A DNA stretch of 63,940 bases, filler included, from Chiloscyllium plagiosum (lineage: Eukaryota): NCBI RefSeq assembly GCF_004010195.1. It is 4 parts of one record of this genome, joined end to end, with 100 filler letters (N's around TTAATTAATTAA, not from the genome) between each part and the next. Parts side by side here need not be neighbours in the genome. Positions count along the whole stretch, not along the records: positions 1 to 26,135 come from NC_057712.1; 3 more parts are not named here. One strand, 5' to 3'. The notes beneath the pieces are model-generated. The model was not told the DNA's origin. It saw only the letters and a program-made list of their open reading frames with translations, and ran no database searches. Positions 1 through 13,807 of the stretch are shown piece by piece. The translations under genes and the position numbers were made by a program. Within the stretch, counting starts at the first letter, position 1. Each line of letters starts with the position of its first letter.

Positions 1-610
1 GTATTGAGTTAAGGAGTTGGGAGGTCATGTTGCGGCTGTACAGGACATTGGTTAGGCCACTGTTGGAATATTGTGTGCAATTCTGGTCTCCTTCCTATCG
101 GAAATGTGTTGTGAAACTTGAAAGGGTTCAGAAAAGATTTACAAGGATGTTGCCAGAGTTGGAGGATCTGAGCTACAGGGAGAGGCTGAACAGGCTGGGG
201 CTGTTTTCTCTGGAGCGTCGGAGGCTGAGGGGTGACCTTATAGACGTTTACAAAATTATGTGGGGCATGGATAGGATAAGTAGAAAAAGTCTTTTCCCTG
301 GGTTCGGGGAGTTCAGAACTAGAGGGCATAGCTTTAGGGTGAGAGGGGAAAGATATAAAAGAGACCTAAGGGGCAACTTTTTCACAGAGGGTGGTACGTG
401 TATGGAATGAGCTGCCAGAGGATGTGGTGGAGGCTGGTACAATTGCAACATTTAAAAGGCATTTGGGTGGATATATGAATAGGAAGGTTTTGGAGGGATA
501 TGGGCCGGGTGCTGGCAGGTGGGACTAGATTGGGTTAAGCTATCTGGTCGGCATGGACGGGTTGGACCGAAGGGTCTGTTTCCATGCTGTACATCTCTGT
601 AACTCTATGA
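1..610 (+). mobile_element. HER1/CR1 LINE 3' end (ORF2 C-terminus + 3' UTR), continues off the left edge
   Basis: ORF 27..410 [19 protein letters not shown]...[12 protein letters not shown]...LERRRLRGDL is the CR1 ORF2 C-terminus; ends in GGACCGAAGGGTCTGTTTCC...CTCTATGA tail. Confidence 0.95.
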
Positions 611-732
611 CACACCATTCCAGGAATCGGTCTGGTAAACCTTCACTGCACTTACTCTCTATCACAGCAACAAACTTCATCACATAAAGAGGCCAAAGCT
701 GCATCTCACCAAGGCCCTGTATAATTGCATGG

Positions 733-960
733 TCAAAAATCACATGACACCAGGTTAAAGTCAAAACAGGTTCAATTGAAAACACTAGCTTTTGGAGCAC
801 TGCTCCTTCATCAGGTGCTAGTGAGAGAGGAAGACCTTCGACTCAGAATTTATAAGGAAAGGGTCCAAGGGCCATACAGCTCATACAAATGAATTGAACA
901 CACCTGAGATAGCTCTTAAATCTTTAATCTGTTAGAATGGAAGTACAAATGCAGAAACCT
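733..960 (-). mobile_element. Penelope-like terminal fragment (family B) with degenerate hammerhead motif
   Basis: AAAAATCACATGACACCAGGTT... matches copies at 23126 and 57622; minus strand reads cac CTGATGA A GGAGC agt GCTCC AAAA GCTA GTG (~783-815). Confidence 0.7.
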
Positions 961-984
961 CTACTTGAGCCTCTCGTTTGAAGA

Positions 985-1760
985 TCAAAATTTCATTTGC
1001 CTTCTTTGCCATCTGCTACACCTGCACACTTACCTTCAGTAACTGGTATACAAGGACACCCAGGTCATATTGTACATTCCCTGCTTTTGCTTTCTAGCCA
1101 TTCAAACAATAATGCACCTTCTTATTTTTGCTACCAAAGTAGATAACCTACATTTATCTACATTATCCTGCAACAGCCATGCATTTGCCCACCCACTCAA
1201 GTTACACTGAAGCATCTCTGCATCCTCCTCAGAACTCACCCTCCCAACTAGCTTTGAGTCATCTGCAAATTTAAAGATATTATATTTGGTTCCCTCATCC
1301 AAGTTATGAATAAATATTGTGAATAACTGGGGTCCTGGCATTGATCCCTGCAGTATTCCACTATCCGATCTCTGCCATTTGGAAAAAAAATCTGTTTATT
1401 CCTGAATTTTGATTCTTGTCTGCCAACCAATTTTCTGTCAATCTTAATACGTGATCCCAATCCTATGCACTTTATATTTACACAGCACAATCCCTTATTT
1501 AATACTTTGTCGAAAGCCTTCTGAAAATCCAAATAAATCACATCCCCCCTCATCCACTCCATAATTACATCCTCAAAGAATTTTGGATGATTTGTCAAGC
1601 ATGCCTTCCTTTTCATTATTCTACACTGTCTCTGTTTGATGCTGTCACTGCTTTCCAAACGTTCAGCTATTAATTCTTTCATAATGGACTCTAGCATTTT
1701 CCACACTATTGCCACCAGGCTGACTGGTCTGTGATTTCTCGCTTTTTCTCTCTACCTTCG
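985..1760 (-). mobile_element. Older CR1 LINE RT fragment (probably continuous with 611-730)
   Basis: Minus ORFs with DVIYLDFQKAFDKV and FTIFIHNLDEG..KFADDSKL RT motifs. Confidence 0.9.
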
Positions 1761-2654
1761 GGTATCTAAAGCAAGCTATTTAAACAGTCCCTCTTAGTGA
1801 ACACTTACAGACTGATCAGTTCACCAAATTCGTATGATGACATTCTTGCTTTAAAACTCCTGAAGTTATACCATCCAAGAGAGCTAGAAAATGCAGGTGC
1901 AGCTCCTTTCCAGTCTTCACTGAACTCCTGCATTGACCAATCTCCCAAGCCTTCCACTCTATGCCAGCTTGCATTCTGTTAATCCATACGTAGAGATTCA
2001 AAGTTTCGATATAAACAATCTTCAAAAATGGAAATCATAATATTTCAAACCATTTTTGTCCTTACCACACATTTGCCTCTCAGACAACAATTCATCTGGT
2101 ACCCTGGCAAGGAATTGACCAATCTCACCCAAGTGAAGGAGATGAATGCAATTGGCAAGTAGCCTGAAATGATTCAGACCCAATATCGAATCAAGTGGTC
2201 TAACGTGCGGCCAGAGCTTAGTTCATGTTTTAAGTCATAATTATAGAGTGGATCCCACTAGATGTCAACTTTAATTATTTGAAAAAAAGATAATTAAGGT
2301 TTGCGTAACTTGTATAGCAGGAAATCCATTTGAAATCTATTTTCTGTAACCATAGCTTTGCAATATTATATCATAAGAATTGTTTAAAATCATCATGGGC
2401 TAAATATAGTCTTATCATCCACAATTATGGGTGTAAATGAAAGCTTGGAAAAGCATGTCTCAGAATGAACACCAGTGGATTTGACCTGTTACAATGTCAA
2501 GTATTTCCCCCCAATCCCTTTTTTAAGACATACGAACATCCATCCTAAAACTATAAGCCTTTATGAACGAATTTTGACAACCTTGATTTTTGTCATATAG
2601 TTGCTAAAGAAACATGGCAGCCACTTGGAAAAGAACAATTTTAAAACATTCTGA

Positions 2655-2785
2655 TAGTCTGAGGAAGGGTCACTGGACCATAACGTTTCTGATTTCTCTT
2701 CATAGATGCTGCCAGACCTGCTGAGCTTTTCCAGCAACTTCTGTTTTTTTCTGATTTTCAGCATCCACAGTTCTTTCAGTTTTTG
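2655..2785 (+). mobile_element. Penelope-like terminal fragment (family C) with degenerate hammerhead motif
   Basis: CTGAGGA A GGGTC ACTG GACC... then GATGCTGCCAGACCTGCTGAG...CAGCATCCACAGTTC; homologous to 20690-20820. Confidence 0.65.
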
Positions 2786-3948
2786 CTGAAAAAATAATGT
2801 TTTATAAGCCACAAAATCCTTCAGAGCAGCTCCTGTTCTGCCAGCATTTCTTTGCTGTGAACAGGGTCTGTGCCAAAATTGCATCAGCGAATGAAAGAAG
2901 CTAAAGAATTGCACCTCCAATCTGCATTGTGGAGCAGAACCCAGGCAAACAGATCCTGTTCATATTGGCAGACCTCACAAAGTGCAAAACTCAAGCATAT
3001 GAGTTTTAGAGAGTTGTCCAGTCCATTCACAGCCAAGCCATGTAGTGTGGGAATGGTATGATGTGCAGTGTACAATGATGGATATCAATGTATCAGGTTT
3101 CAACATCAATCTGACGCACTTTATAGGTATCCTTTTTTTAGTGGTTGCACCCAAATTATTGCTTTCATCGACTGTTAGTCAGATTTAAACTCATGAGCTC
3201 CATGCTGCCAATTTATCATCATGGCTAGTCTACCATCATTTCCTAAATTAAGTCAATCTTAGTTCATAATAAATGCTAAGCAGACATGCTTTTTGGCAAG
3301 AGTGTCAAGAATTTTTGTAGATGCTCAGAAAAGCGGAGGCCACAGCAGACCGGTCATGATCTGAGTGAGTGGTGGAGCAGGTTCAATGATCTGAATGGCC
3401 TACTGCTGCTCTCATTTTTGATGATCAATGATGAATGGCAAAATGTTGGACTTAAAGGAAAAAGTAATCATGTCGCATTAGGTCATCACCGATCACCATA
3501 TGCTGAGTCGAAATGAATGCAAGAGGAACCTTTTTCCCGTCAGGCAAGTAATGGGGCTGAAATTATGACTTTATATAAGGTATCATCGACCACCTACACT
3601 TAAGGAAGTAGCAACTGTTTGTGAAAGAACTCCTAACTATGAGCAGGTGTTATAAGCCACTTGTGTGTTATTGATAGGCCCTGTGACTTTTGAAAAGCAT
3701 GCTATTTGATAAAAGTTATGCATGGCTTGCTTTCACTGGTGTACTGACACAGGAAAGCAGATGTCAGGACAGGCTTTTCCATAAAGAGCATCTGTCCCCA
3801 AGAGACTCATTGCAACATGACTAGCTGGAATATATCAGATAGTTCTTTGCTATTTAAAGTAGACATAAGGAAAATCAGATTAATGCTGAAGTGTCTTTTA
3901 CAAAAGAAGTGAAAATTTGATTTTTGGCAATTCTGGAGCTAAGCAAGC

Positions 3949-4002
3949 TTATCATCAAGTATGAAATTCTCCCATTATCATCAAGTATGAAATTCTCCCA
4001 TT
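3949..4002. repeat. Perfect 26-bp tandem duplication
   Basis: TTATCATCAAGTATGAAATTCTCCCA x2. Confidence 0.9.
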
Positions 4003-4819
4003 GTCAATCGATTAATTGGTAATTTTCCTTATTGCTGGAAGTGCTGCATTGTCAGTATAGATTGGTAACTGTATTTATCTGTATAACATCAGTAATTACG
4101 CTCTGATTGTAATGTGTTAGGTGAAGCATATGATTTATTTCAATGTGCTGAAATGCCATGTAATAGTTTCTCAATTTAGTTTCTCCTGCTAATTTGAGTG
4201 CTGGTCCTGTTCTAGAAAACTATCACGGGGAAAACACAATTGGTTGTAGAATATTAATGATATGCTTCATTATTCTTTGACAAAGGGAAAGACGTTCATA
4301 CTTATCATGCTGTATGAGTAAGCCAAAAGAATTGAAAATTATCTTTTAAACATCCTCCCATCCTCATACCCTTTTTGAACGTCACACATTCAATTCCTTG
4401 AATTGAGATTCTTGTGTATGGACACATTTACTTCAGCACTGGAGGTTTTATTCCTTAGCCACCGATATCTTATGCAGTGGAATTCATTCCCTTAAAATAT
4501 TTACTGCAAGTATTTAATTGATGTGAAACTGTTAACATCCAGACTATTCACCACATTCTCTTCAATCATCTTCACATATAAACTGAAACAAGTTATTCTA
4601 ATCACAGGTAAACTATTTCATTCCTCATTGTCATTGCTTTTCTACTTCCCCTTTCCCCTTTAAAAATACCCACCAATTTGGCAAAGATCAATATTTGTTC
4701 TTTGGCTCCAAATGCATCGTCTCCATGTAGTTTATATGTAACTATCATATGTTATCAAGTAGCACTTGCTCTACAATAACCTGCTGAACCATTCTGACCA
4801 CATTAAAGCCTGAATCCAA

Positions 4820-5720
4820 GGATGGACAAAAGAGCTGAATTCCACAGATGAGGTGAGCGTGGCAACCTTTGACATCAAGGTTATGTTTGATCAAGTGTCA
4901 AGGGGCTCCAGCAAGACTGATGTCAATGGGAATCATTTGAGAAAACTTGGCTGGTTGGAGCCATATGTGGCACAAAGGAAGATAATTGTGGTCATTCAAG
5001 GTCAGTCATCTCAGGTCCAGGACATCTCTGCAGGAATTCTTCAGGGTAGTGTCCTCAGCCCAACCATCTTCACCAGCCTCATTAATGATTTTCCCTCCAC
5101 CACAACATCAGGGATAGAGAGGTTCATTGATGATTACACAATATTCAGCAGAATTTTTGACTTGTTAAATGCCGAAGCTATCCATTCAAAAAAGTAGCAA
5201 GGCCTGGACAATATCCAGACTCAAACTGAAAAATGACAAGTTATAATCATGCCACATAAATGCCAGGCAATGCCCATCCCCAACAAGACAGAATCTAGTC
5301 ATTGTCCTCAACATCGAAGAATGTTATCACCACTGAAACCCCACTGTCAACATCCTGGGGATTATCAATGACCAGCAACTGAACTGGACTGGTCATATAA
5401 GTACTTTGGCTACAACAGCAGGTCAGGAGCTGGGAATCTTGCCGAGTGTAACTCACCTTCTGACTTCCCAAAGCCTCCATACTTGCCTGGATGAGATTCA
5501 CTTCAAAAACAGTCAGGAAGTTTGACACTATCCAGGAAAAGCAGCCCACTTGATTGGCACCACACCCACAAACATCACCTCCCTCCACCACTGACACTCA
5601 GAACCAGTGGGTACCACCTACAAGATGCACTGCAGAATTCGCCAAAGGCCCTTAAACAGCACCTTCCAAACCCATGACTACTACCATCTAGAAGCACAAA
5701 ACAGCCAATACACAGGATAC
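4820..5720 (+). mobile_element. CR1/L2-group LINE RT fragment (non-HER1 family)
   Basis: ORF 4853..5197 has FDIK..FD, GILQGSVLSPTIF, FIDD RT motifs; homologous to 46040-46965 and 8283-8680. Confidence 0.8.
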
Positions 5721-7807
5721 ATATCTAAAAATGTTCTAGTACTTTGAAAGATGTCTTGTTATTGTTCAGTCATATCTTCTTATTCTCAAGTTAGTCAGCA
5801 CCTTCCCAAATTAAATCTCCTTTGTGTCCCTATCACAAACTATAGATTTACAATAAGAAATATTTGACAAGCAGCTCATACTGCCAGAAGGATCCTTCTA
5901 CTGCTTGATTCACCACCTCTGCTGTCATTCAGGAACACATGCTCAGGAAAGGGCAGAACTAAAGGCAAGAAGATAACCTGTCATCCATAGTTCAGATACA
6001 ATAGAGAACTGTTGCACTCTCCTGGATTCTGTTATTTTCTCCTTCAATTCCTCCACATCCTCCTCTTCTTCCTCCAAGCATCGGAAGAATGGAATCTTTA
6101 GGAGGGAAGTCCAAGACCTCAATACACAGAGAATTGTCCCAATTTTCAATGGGTTTGATAAAGTACTTGAAATGCTTAGAGACTGGACGACCATGTCCAT
6201 TCAGTACCAGCGCCTTCATAATGGATGCTAGTTATCAGCAGAACAAGTGAAATGTTGGGAGGCATTTAGCTACCATCTCTACAGGACACAATCCCAGGTG
6301 ACAAGTCAGGATCACAGCTAACTCGGAGGGAGAAATCACTGCTCCGATTTGTCGGGCTGGGATTTGATAGAGATGCCTCCCCACCTGATTTTATTTGTCA
6401 CACTACTTAAAGAATGTCCTTTTGTTTTAAGCTGAAGACAGGTCAGAGTTTCTCCAGCAAAGTTTAAAAGGTTATTGCAGTGCAAAAGGTAGTACAAATA
6501 CCACCTTAGTTAAAATTGGCAAGACATTAGTACATATATGAAAAAATATCCTTTTTTAGCTTCACATGTAAATCATAACAGTTTTACTTTCTTAAATTTG
6601 AATATTTGAATGTATGTTTGTAAATCTGATTATTAAACAAAATACGACATCAATGCAGTAACATGCAAATATGTAATAATCTGGAATGAGGCCTTCCGGC
6701 AGCCATTTTTAATCTGTTTATTGGCCTTTATTTACAGAATTATCTTTCTGTGAGCAGAGTGGCATTCTGTGCCAAAATATTCCAGTAGCATACACAGGAG
6801 ACACAGCAAAGTTGACGAGGCAAGACAAATAGGGTAAAATGAAAACGCATCAAAACTTTCCACACAGAAATTTCTTTATGTGCGGTGGATATATCCAAAC
6901 AGCCAATAAAAGCTTACCTTGTTTTTTTTTATATTGATTAGTGGATTCCAAACATAAATAAACTAATGCACTAACCACATCTGATCCATCAGTACATTTT
7001 CTGGAACCTGTAAAACAGTTCTTGATGTGGGTTGGCCACTGTTTAAACTAAAAAGCAAAGATTCTTAGCAATTGGCTAATTTATGTCAAAAAAAAAGACA
7101 ACCTGCCAAACCTCTAAGCTGCTAAGGACAAGAGCCAAATAACATTGACATTTGCATTGATTCTGTTCAATCTCGGGCTGAGGTTTGGCTATGGTGAAGA
7201 AAGTGCAATAAATCAGTACTGATAGTGTGACATTTAGTGCTTCTGTTATTGGTATCTTAAAGATTCATAATTGATCTTAAAATTTCAACAATATTTGATA
7301 TATTTGCAGTTCTTTCATCAATTTTGAATTTGAATTCCAATACTCAAATTTATAATGAAACTTGCACATTTCCATTAAAAGGAAAAAGTGGATAGTGCTG
7401 CCTAAACTTGGTAATGATTTGAAGATTTCTTTTCCCCATCCCTTCAAAATGAGAGAGAATTGGATTTTGACCCAGTGTAGCTTACTCTCGACATGAGAAA
7501 AAAGATTGAACAAAGGCCCATTAACTCTCAAACGTTTCCATCCACCAGTGAACCCACTTTTCCAAGCCTCACACCTATGCCTTGTCTTTTCATTTATCTC
7601 CTCTCAACTATATCATCCCTTCCATCTCCACAGTGAAGAATGGACCTTGACACAGTGTTTGCTCTCATACCTATTTCTCCTTCCCTACTCTCCTCTTTCT
7701 CCCCTAGTCTTTTACACTTGCTTTAAATTTACCTTCAATCAACTCCCTAATTCGTTGTCCCAGCCTGAAACTAATTGTTCCACTGACTTCGCATCCTCCT
7801 TGAGAGG

Positions 7808-7885
7808 ACTCTTGTGGTGCAGCGGTAATGTCTGTGCATCTGAGCCAAGACCCCTCTATTCAAGCCCCACCTGTTCCCGAGTTAT
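7808..7885 (+). mobile_element. Degenerate tRNA-derived SINE head
   Basis: GTGGTGCAGCGGTAATG (A-box-like)...TTCAAGCCCCAC (B-box-like); similar to 36850-36970. Confidence 0.45.
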
Positions 7886-8282
7886 TTAATAAGATTGCTG
7901 AATAGGTTAATTAGGAAATATTCACATCCTCCCTGACTTACACATTAAGCTTAGACTTAATTAACCCATGCTGCACCAATTAGAGAATAAATAAAGAAGG
8001 TTCAGCAAAGATTGTTTTTGGCTGAATCCTACCAGAGATTGGCTAAGTGTCATTCCTGGTGCTTTTCATGGAGGGTTTCTCTTTGGGGGGCCTAATGGGT
8101 TTTCTTACCTTATCATCCCAACCCATCCTCATTAGCTATGCACCATCATGCCCCCATTGTTCATCAAATTCTTACACCTACCACAGATGGAAGAACTCTC
8201 CACTGTTGGCATCTCCCGGGATTCATGGTACTAGCCATTTCCTTGGAACAAGCAGGAGACCATCCAGGAGACAGCAGTTCAT

Positions 8283-8680
8283 TTGATTAGCTCCACATCC
8301 ACAAACGTCCACTCCCTCCACCACCAATGCTTTATAGCAGTATTGTGTATCATCTACAAGATGCACTGCTGAAATTCAAAGATCCTTAGACATCACCTTC
8401 CAAACCCATGACCACTACCATCTGAAGGGAGAAGGGCAGAAAATATGTGGGAACATATTTTCAATATGTTCAATCTACTCACCATTCTGATTTGGAAATA
8501 TATTGCCATTTCTTACCTGTCACAAGGTCAAAATACAAGCATCCCTCCCTAATGTGACTGTGGATCTACTTCCAGCATATAGACCATAGTGGTTAAATAA
8601 GTCAGCTCACTATTACATTCTGAAGAGTAACTAGGGATGGGCAATGAATGCCATCCCAGGCAACAATACCATTTAGTCAT
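8283..8680 (+). mobile_element. 3' end of the same CR1/L2-group LINE
   Basis: CAAGATGCACTGC...CACCTTCCAAACCCATGAC shared with 5620-5690; ends GGATGGGCAATGAATGC. Confidence 0.75.
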
Positions 8681-9689
8681 GACATAACTTTTCAAAAAGC
8701 ATTCCATTTGCCTTCTTGATTATTTGCTGTACTTCTTTGTTAATTGTGTTATTTCATGCACAAGAGCATCCAGATCCCTCCACGTTACTATCTTTTTGGA
8801 GTCTCCTGGGTCAGGTCCAGGGGAGGGAATGTGGGTTGGTTCCATGGGGATGGGGTGGACGTTGGAGGGTGTGTGTCATTTCCTAGGAGAGGTGTCACGC
8901 CAGGGCCAAGGAGCTTTAAGTTTGGTCTGGAGAGGTATAGTTCAGGCTGTGTGATTAAATTTGGGGTCACTTCAATGCTTAGTCAGGATTTAGACTACAT
9001 ATTCAATAACATTTCCTGAATAATTATTTTATTTAATTTCAGCAGAGCCATCTAAAGTTTCAACTGAAATGGAGACTTTCAGGTGTAAAGGAATTGCCTG
9101 GTGGAAAATTCAATATCCCAGGCAATTCCTTCTGAATGTGCCACAATGAGCTTTCAGAGGGCTTACATGAGCAACTCCCATCTATACTGGAATAAGGTCT
9201 GTCTGGCCAACAGAATGTCCAGGCTAAAATTCTATGCATGTGCTTATCTCTATAAAAAACACACGTACATCTCATTAACACTGCCCACAATGTGGTGTTT
9301 ATGCCCCATTAGGAGCAGCTCTGTGGCACCATTACCAAGGTGGCTCCAGGCTCCAAAAGCTCACACACAACAGAGACATCACTTTTATAGAGCTGATAGA
9401 ACATTGCAGCTGGACTTGTGGCTAGTGCAATGGAATGGCATGATTTGTGTTGGTATGGGGTGTGGTCGGGTGTGATGTGTGTCGGGGATAGAGGTGGGGG
9501 GGGTGGGGGTGAGGGAGCTGGTATGGATAGGGACAGTGTTGACCATGGCAGGGAATCAGAAAATCTCAGGGTCTGGAAAATCCATGTGTGGTAACAATCA
9601 GGAACATCCTTACTTTGAGATTAGAAAATGTTGGTATTTTCCAGCTCAATTTTCAGGTGATTTACATGCTTTCTTGGCTGCAGGAATTC

Positions 9690-10047
9690 TATATGAAATA
9701 TACAAAATTCTAACAGAGCGGGATAGACTAGATGCAGGGAGAATTTTTTCCATGGTTGGTGAGTCCAGAATCAGGTGTCACAGTCTCATGATATGAGGTA
9801 GATCATTTAAGACTGATATGAGGAAACATTTCTTCAGTGAGTGTGATCAACCAGAGAAATTCACTACCACAAACGGTTGTGGAGACTAGGCCACTGATTA
9901 TATTTAAGAAAGACATTGATAATTTTCTTAGATATTCAAGACATAAAGGGATATAGAGAGAGAAAGTGGCAATATAGCATTGAGGTAGAGGCTAAGCCAT
10001 GATCATACTGAATGGCGGAACAGGCTGGAAGAAGGGAATTGTCTACT
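9690..10047 (+). mobile_element. CR1 3' end, diverged
   Basis: YKILT..DRLDAGRIFSMVGESRIRCHSL; tail GCCATGATCATACTGAATGGCGGAACAGGC. Confidence 0.8.
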
Positions 10048-10317
10048 CCAGCTTCCAGTTTCTATGCTTATTGAAATGTAGCCAGTGAACTGCCTCAGGG
10101 CAAAGCAATGTTGGAGCAGGAACTTCAAACATATATTGTATAAGCAAAGATTTGAATGTTTGTTTCACCTATGGACAATAATGCCTTGTTTATGTTTCCT
10201 TCCACATTTTGGCACATAGTGAATTTCCTTTCTGGGAATGAGAAAAGCAATTTTGGTCCAAGCAACAGATGTCACATGACCCAGCTTCAAGACTCTCATT
10301 ATTTTCAATATGATTAT

Positions 10318-10430
10318 AGAGATTAGGAACAGGAATAGGCCACTCAGCCTCTTCAGCCTGTGCCGGTGTTCAATAAGGTCAGGCATAATCTGATTATGGC
10401 CTCAACACCATATTCTCACCCATCCCAATA
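10318..10430 (-). mobile_element. CR1 3' tail fragment
   Basis: AGGAACAGGAATAGGCCACTCAGCC...TTCAATAAG is the reverse of the CR1 tail seen at ~10000 and ~37700. Confidence 0.6.
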
Positions 10431-11747
10431 TGATTATGATGTAAAAATGTGAACTAAATTTGCACAGTTCAATTAAAAATTGTTTTAGATAATGCTGGTT
10501 AAAGGCAGACTGAAGATTATCAGCATAAGACAAAGATAATTGCTTTTATTGGGAGTATGGCAAGCTGCCAGAACTGAGACAGCTCTGAAATAAATAATAT
10601 AGGGTATGCACACTATATAGCAATTTCAATGTATAAAATTCCAAATACCTCATTTCAAAAAACAAAATCTCTGTCAAAGTAATAGTTAAAGTTTGCCAAA
10701 TACGTGATCAATAGAGACAATCATGACAGAGAGATTACACCATGTATTACCAATGGGAAAATCTGAAGATAAATGAAAGAAAGGTACACTTTTAATATAT
10801 TTTGGCTGGGTATACACACTGATGGATGTGTTCCTATCTCAGTACCCAGGAACTTTCCCTAATGTATGACCATGATATGACATTCAACTACAACAAAGAT
10901 GACACTGTTTAAGAAGATTTTATACAAATTGATCTGGATCATTAATCCTTACAGGAATCATTTCCAATTGGGAGTACTGTGAGCTTGTTAGATTCCTCTG
11001 AAACTCTGTTCGAGACTAGCATTAATGCAATCTTGAAAATTAACTAGGGAGAAGTTACATATTTTAGAAACGTTGCTCCCCAGACATCATGAGCTGTACT
11101 CAAATAAATCTCATGTATCATTCATGCCAAACTTGCTTCTCTTCTGGTGTCAAAATCCATCCTAACCTGGGGCCTCAAACAGGGAAGATCCAATGCTGTT
11201 TAAACACTTTGCATTGTTATGCAGGGATAAGCTAACCTAACAGGTTCAGCACAGGTTTCTGTGTGCGTACTTTCAGCAGAGCGTTACGCATTCCAAAAAT
11301 GCATACTGGAAATTCTGTTCATGCTGCAGATGAGATTCAGGCCACTTTTGCAAATCCTACATAAAATATGACAGAATTAGCTATAAATTCTTCTGACAGC
11401 AAAGACTCATGGCCAGAAGTGTTTAGTTTGAAAGGTCTCCCTTGAAAGCAAAAGATTTGTGTTGTAATAGTTGAAAATTAGCTTTTAATCTGTTGGGAGA
11501 GCCAGGGTAGAATGATAGTTTTGGGTGCCAGCAGCCTTTAACTGGCTATTCGGTGCCATAAAGATCTGCCAATATGGCAGGAAGAAAGTCTTCATTGGGA
11601 ACAGGAACTTGGGAGATGTATATGCAAGGGTAGCAAAAGGTAATAAAAATTATTGGATTTCTTTTGAATTGAGTTGTCCTGCTCTTTACCAATTTCAGTT
11701 GAACATCATATAACTGTGGCATTGTCCTGTTGGATCATTTTTGGAAC

Positions 11748-12205
11748 AGAAACACTAGGAAGTAGGAGGAGAAATAAGCTCTTTCACTCACCATGATCAT
11801 GGCTGATCATCCAACTCAGTACCAAGTTCCTGCTTTCTCCCCATAACCTTTGATGCTTTTACCCCCAAAAGCTAAATCTAACTTCTTGAAAATATGCAGT
11901 GATTTTTTTTTTACTCAAATACTTCCTGTAGCAAAGTTTGATAGGCTCACCTCTCTCTGGGTGAAGAAATTTCTCATCTCAATGTTAAATGATTTACCCC
12001 ATATCCTGAGACAGTGGCCCTGTTTCTGAACACCCTTCCCCCCATTATTGGAATAATCCTTTTTGTGTTTACCCTGCCCAGTCTTGTTAGAATTTTATAG
12101 GTTTTTATGAACTTACCCCACATTTTTCTATACTCCAAAGAATATAATCCTAACTGATTCAACCTCTCTTCCTACATCAGCCCTGTTATCTCAAGAACCA
12201 ATCTG
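11748..12205 (-). mobile_element. CR1 3' part, interrupted by Rex1 (continues 13238-13550)
   Basis: Minus ORF LGLYSLEYRKMWGKFIKTYKILTRL. Confidence 0.8.
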
Positions 12206-12206
12206 C

Positions 12207-13238
12207 TAATCTAAACCCCACACGCTGCAATTGGATCCGCAGTTTCCTGACCCACAGGCCACAATCAGTGAAGATTGGGGACAATATTTCATCCTCACTA
12301 ACACTCAACACTGGAGCCCCCCGGTCAGGGGTGAATATGTGCCCCTTACTGTACTCACTGTATACACATGACAGTGTAGCCAAATACCAGTTGAATGTCA
12401 TTTACAAGTTCGCTGATGACACCACCATAGGCGGTCGAATCTCACATGGCGACAAAACAGACTATAGATGGGAGTGGAAGACTTGGAAAAATGGTGCACT
12501 GAGAACAACCCAGCTCACAATGCCAGCAAAACCAAGGAACTCATTATTGACTTTCAGCTGAATGTTACTCATGCCCTCCTACACATTAACAGCACAGAGG
12601 TGGAACAAGTGGAGAGTGTCAAGCTCCTGGGAGTGGTCATCAACAACAAGCTTTCTTAGGCTCTTCATGTGGACGCACTGGTTACAAAGGTCCAACAATG
12701 TCTCTTCATCCTCAGGCTGAAAAAAATTTGGCATCATTGCAAATACCTTTATAGGTGCGCCATCGAGAGCATTCTGTCTGGATGCATCACTACCTGGTAT
12801 GGCAACTGTACCATTCAAGATCAGAGACAGTTACAGAGAATGGTGAACTCAGCCTGGACAATCACAAAGGCCAACCTCCCATCTATAGAATCCATCTACC
12901 AGGCCCACTGTCAAGGAAAGGCTGGCCAGCATTCTCAAAGATCCATCTCACACTGACAATGTTTTTCTACCGCCTCTACCATTGGGGAGAAGTTACAGAA
13001 GCCTGAACACACGCACCAGCCGGTTTCAAAACAGTTTCTACCCTACCATTGTTAGTATAGTGAATGGACTCACAAACTCTTAACATTTGCCTATACCCGT
13101 GTTTTTGTTTTTGCCACTGTTTACCTATTATTTACTTATCTATGCTACTTAACTATGTGATTTGCTCACAACAAGACAAAGCTTTCCACTGTGCCTCGGT
13201 ACACATGACAATAAATTCAATTCAATTCAATTCATTTC
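12207..13238 (+). mobile_element. Rex1/Babar-clade LINE, 5'-truncated, with microsatellite tail
   Basis: LTLNTGAP...PLLYSLYTHD...KFADDTT, SKTKELIIDF, YRCAIESILSGCITTWYG; ends ACATGACAATAAA(TTCAA)n. Confidence 0.85.
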
Positions 13239-13550
13239 AGGTGTGGCCTCACCAAAGTCCTGTACATTTGCAGAAAGATATCCCTGCTGCTGTATTCAAA
13301 TCCTCTTGCTACCAAGGCCAACATATCAATGGCCTTCTTCACTACCTGCTGTACCTGCATGCTGACATTCATTAATTGGTGTACAAGGACACCCAGGTTT
13401 TGTTACACTTCTCCATTCCCAATCTATTGCTATTCAAATAATAATCTGCCTTCCTGTTTTTGCTACCAAAGTGGTTAACTTCATTTTTATCCACATTATA
13501 CTTCATCCGCCATGCATTTTCCCATTCACTCAACTTATCCAAATCAACAG
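13238..13550 (-). mobile_element. CR1 fragment (continuation of 11748-12205)
   Basis: Minus ORF DLDKLSEWENAWRMKYNVDK. Confidence 0.8.
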
Positions 13551-13807
13551 TATAAGGGACTAGCACTTAATGTTATTTCACAAAGGCAGTGGATATCCCT
13601 TAAATCAAACATGGATGAAATATAGCTACTTTAAAAAAAAATCATTCCAGTTAACATACCATGAAAATGGATAGAGTCAGAGCAGAAATCCTTCCTGATC
13701 AATCAGATTCCAAATGTATCTGTGATATCCATCCTGACAAACAGTCATTCTCATTGATAAGAGGGAGAGGTGAATCAAGATATCGTAGCAATCAATACAA
13801 CTGAATG

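Noticed and set aside
9..329. Recurrent ORFs such as MPSSS..PQPVQPLP and MYSMETDP.. (also 21546, 44027, 53516, 55474, 59598)
   Set aside because: Antisense translations of HER1 copies, not a gene family
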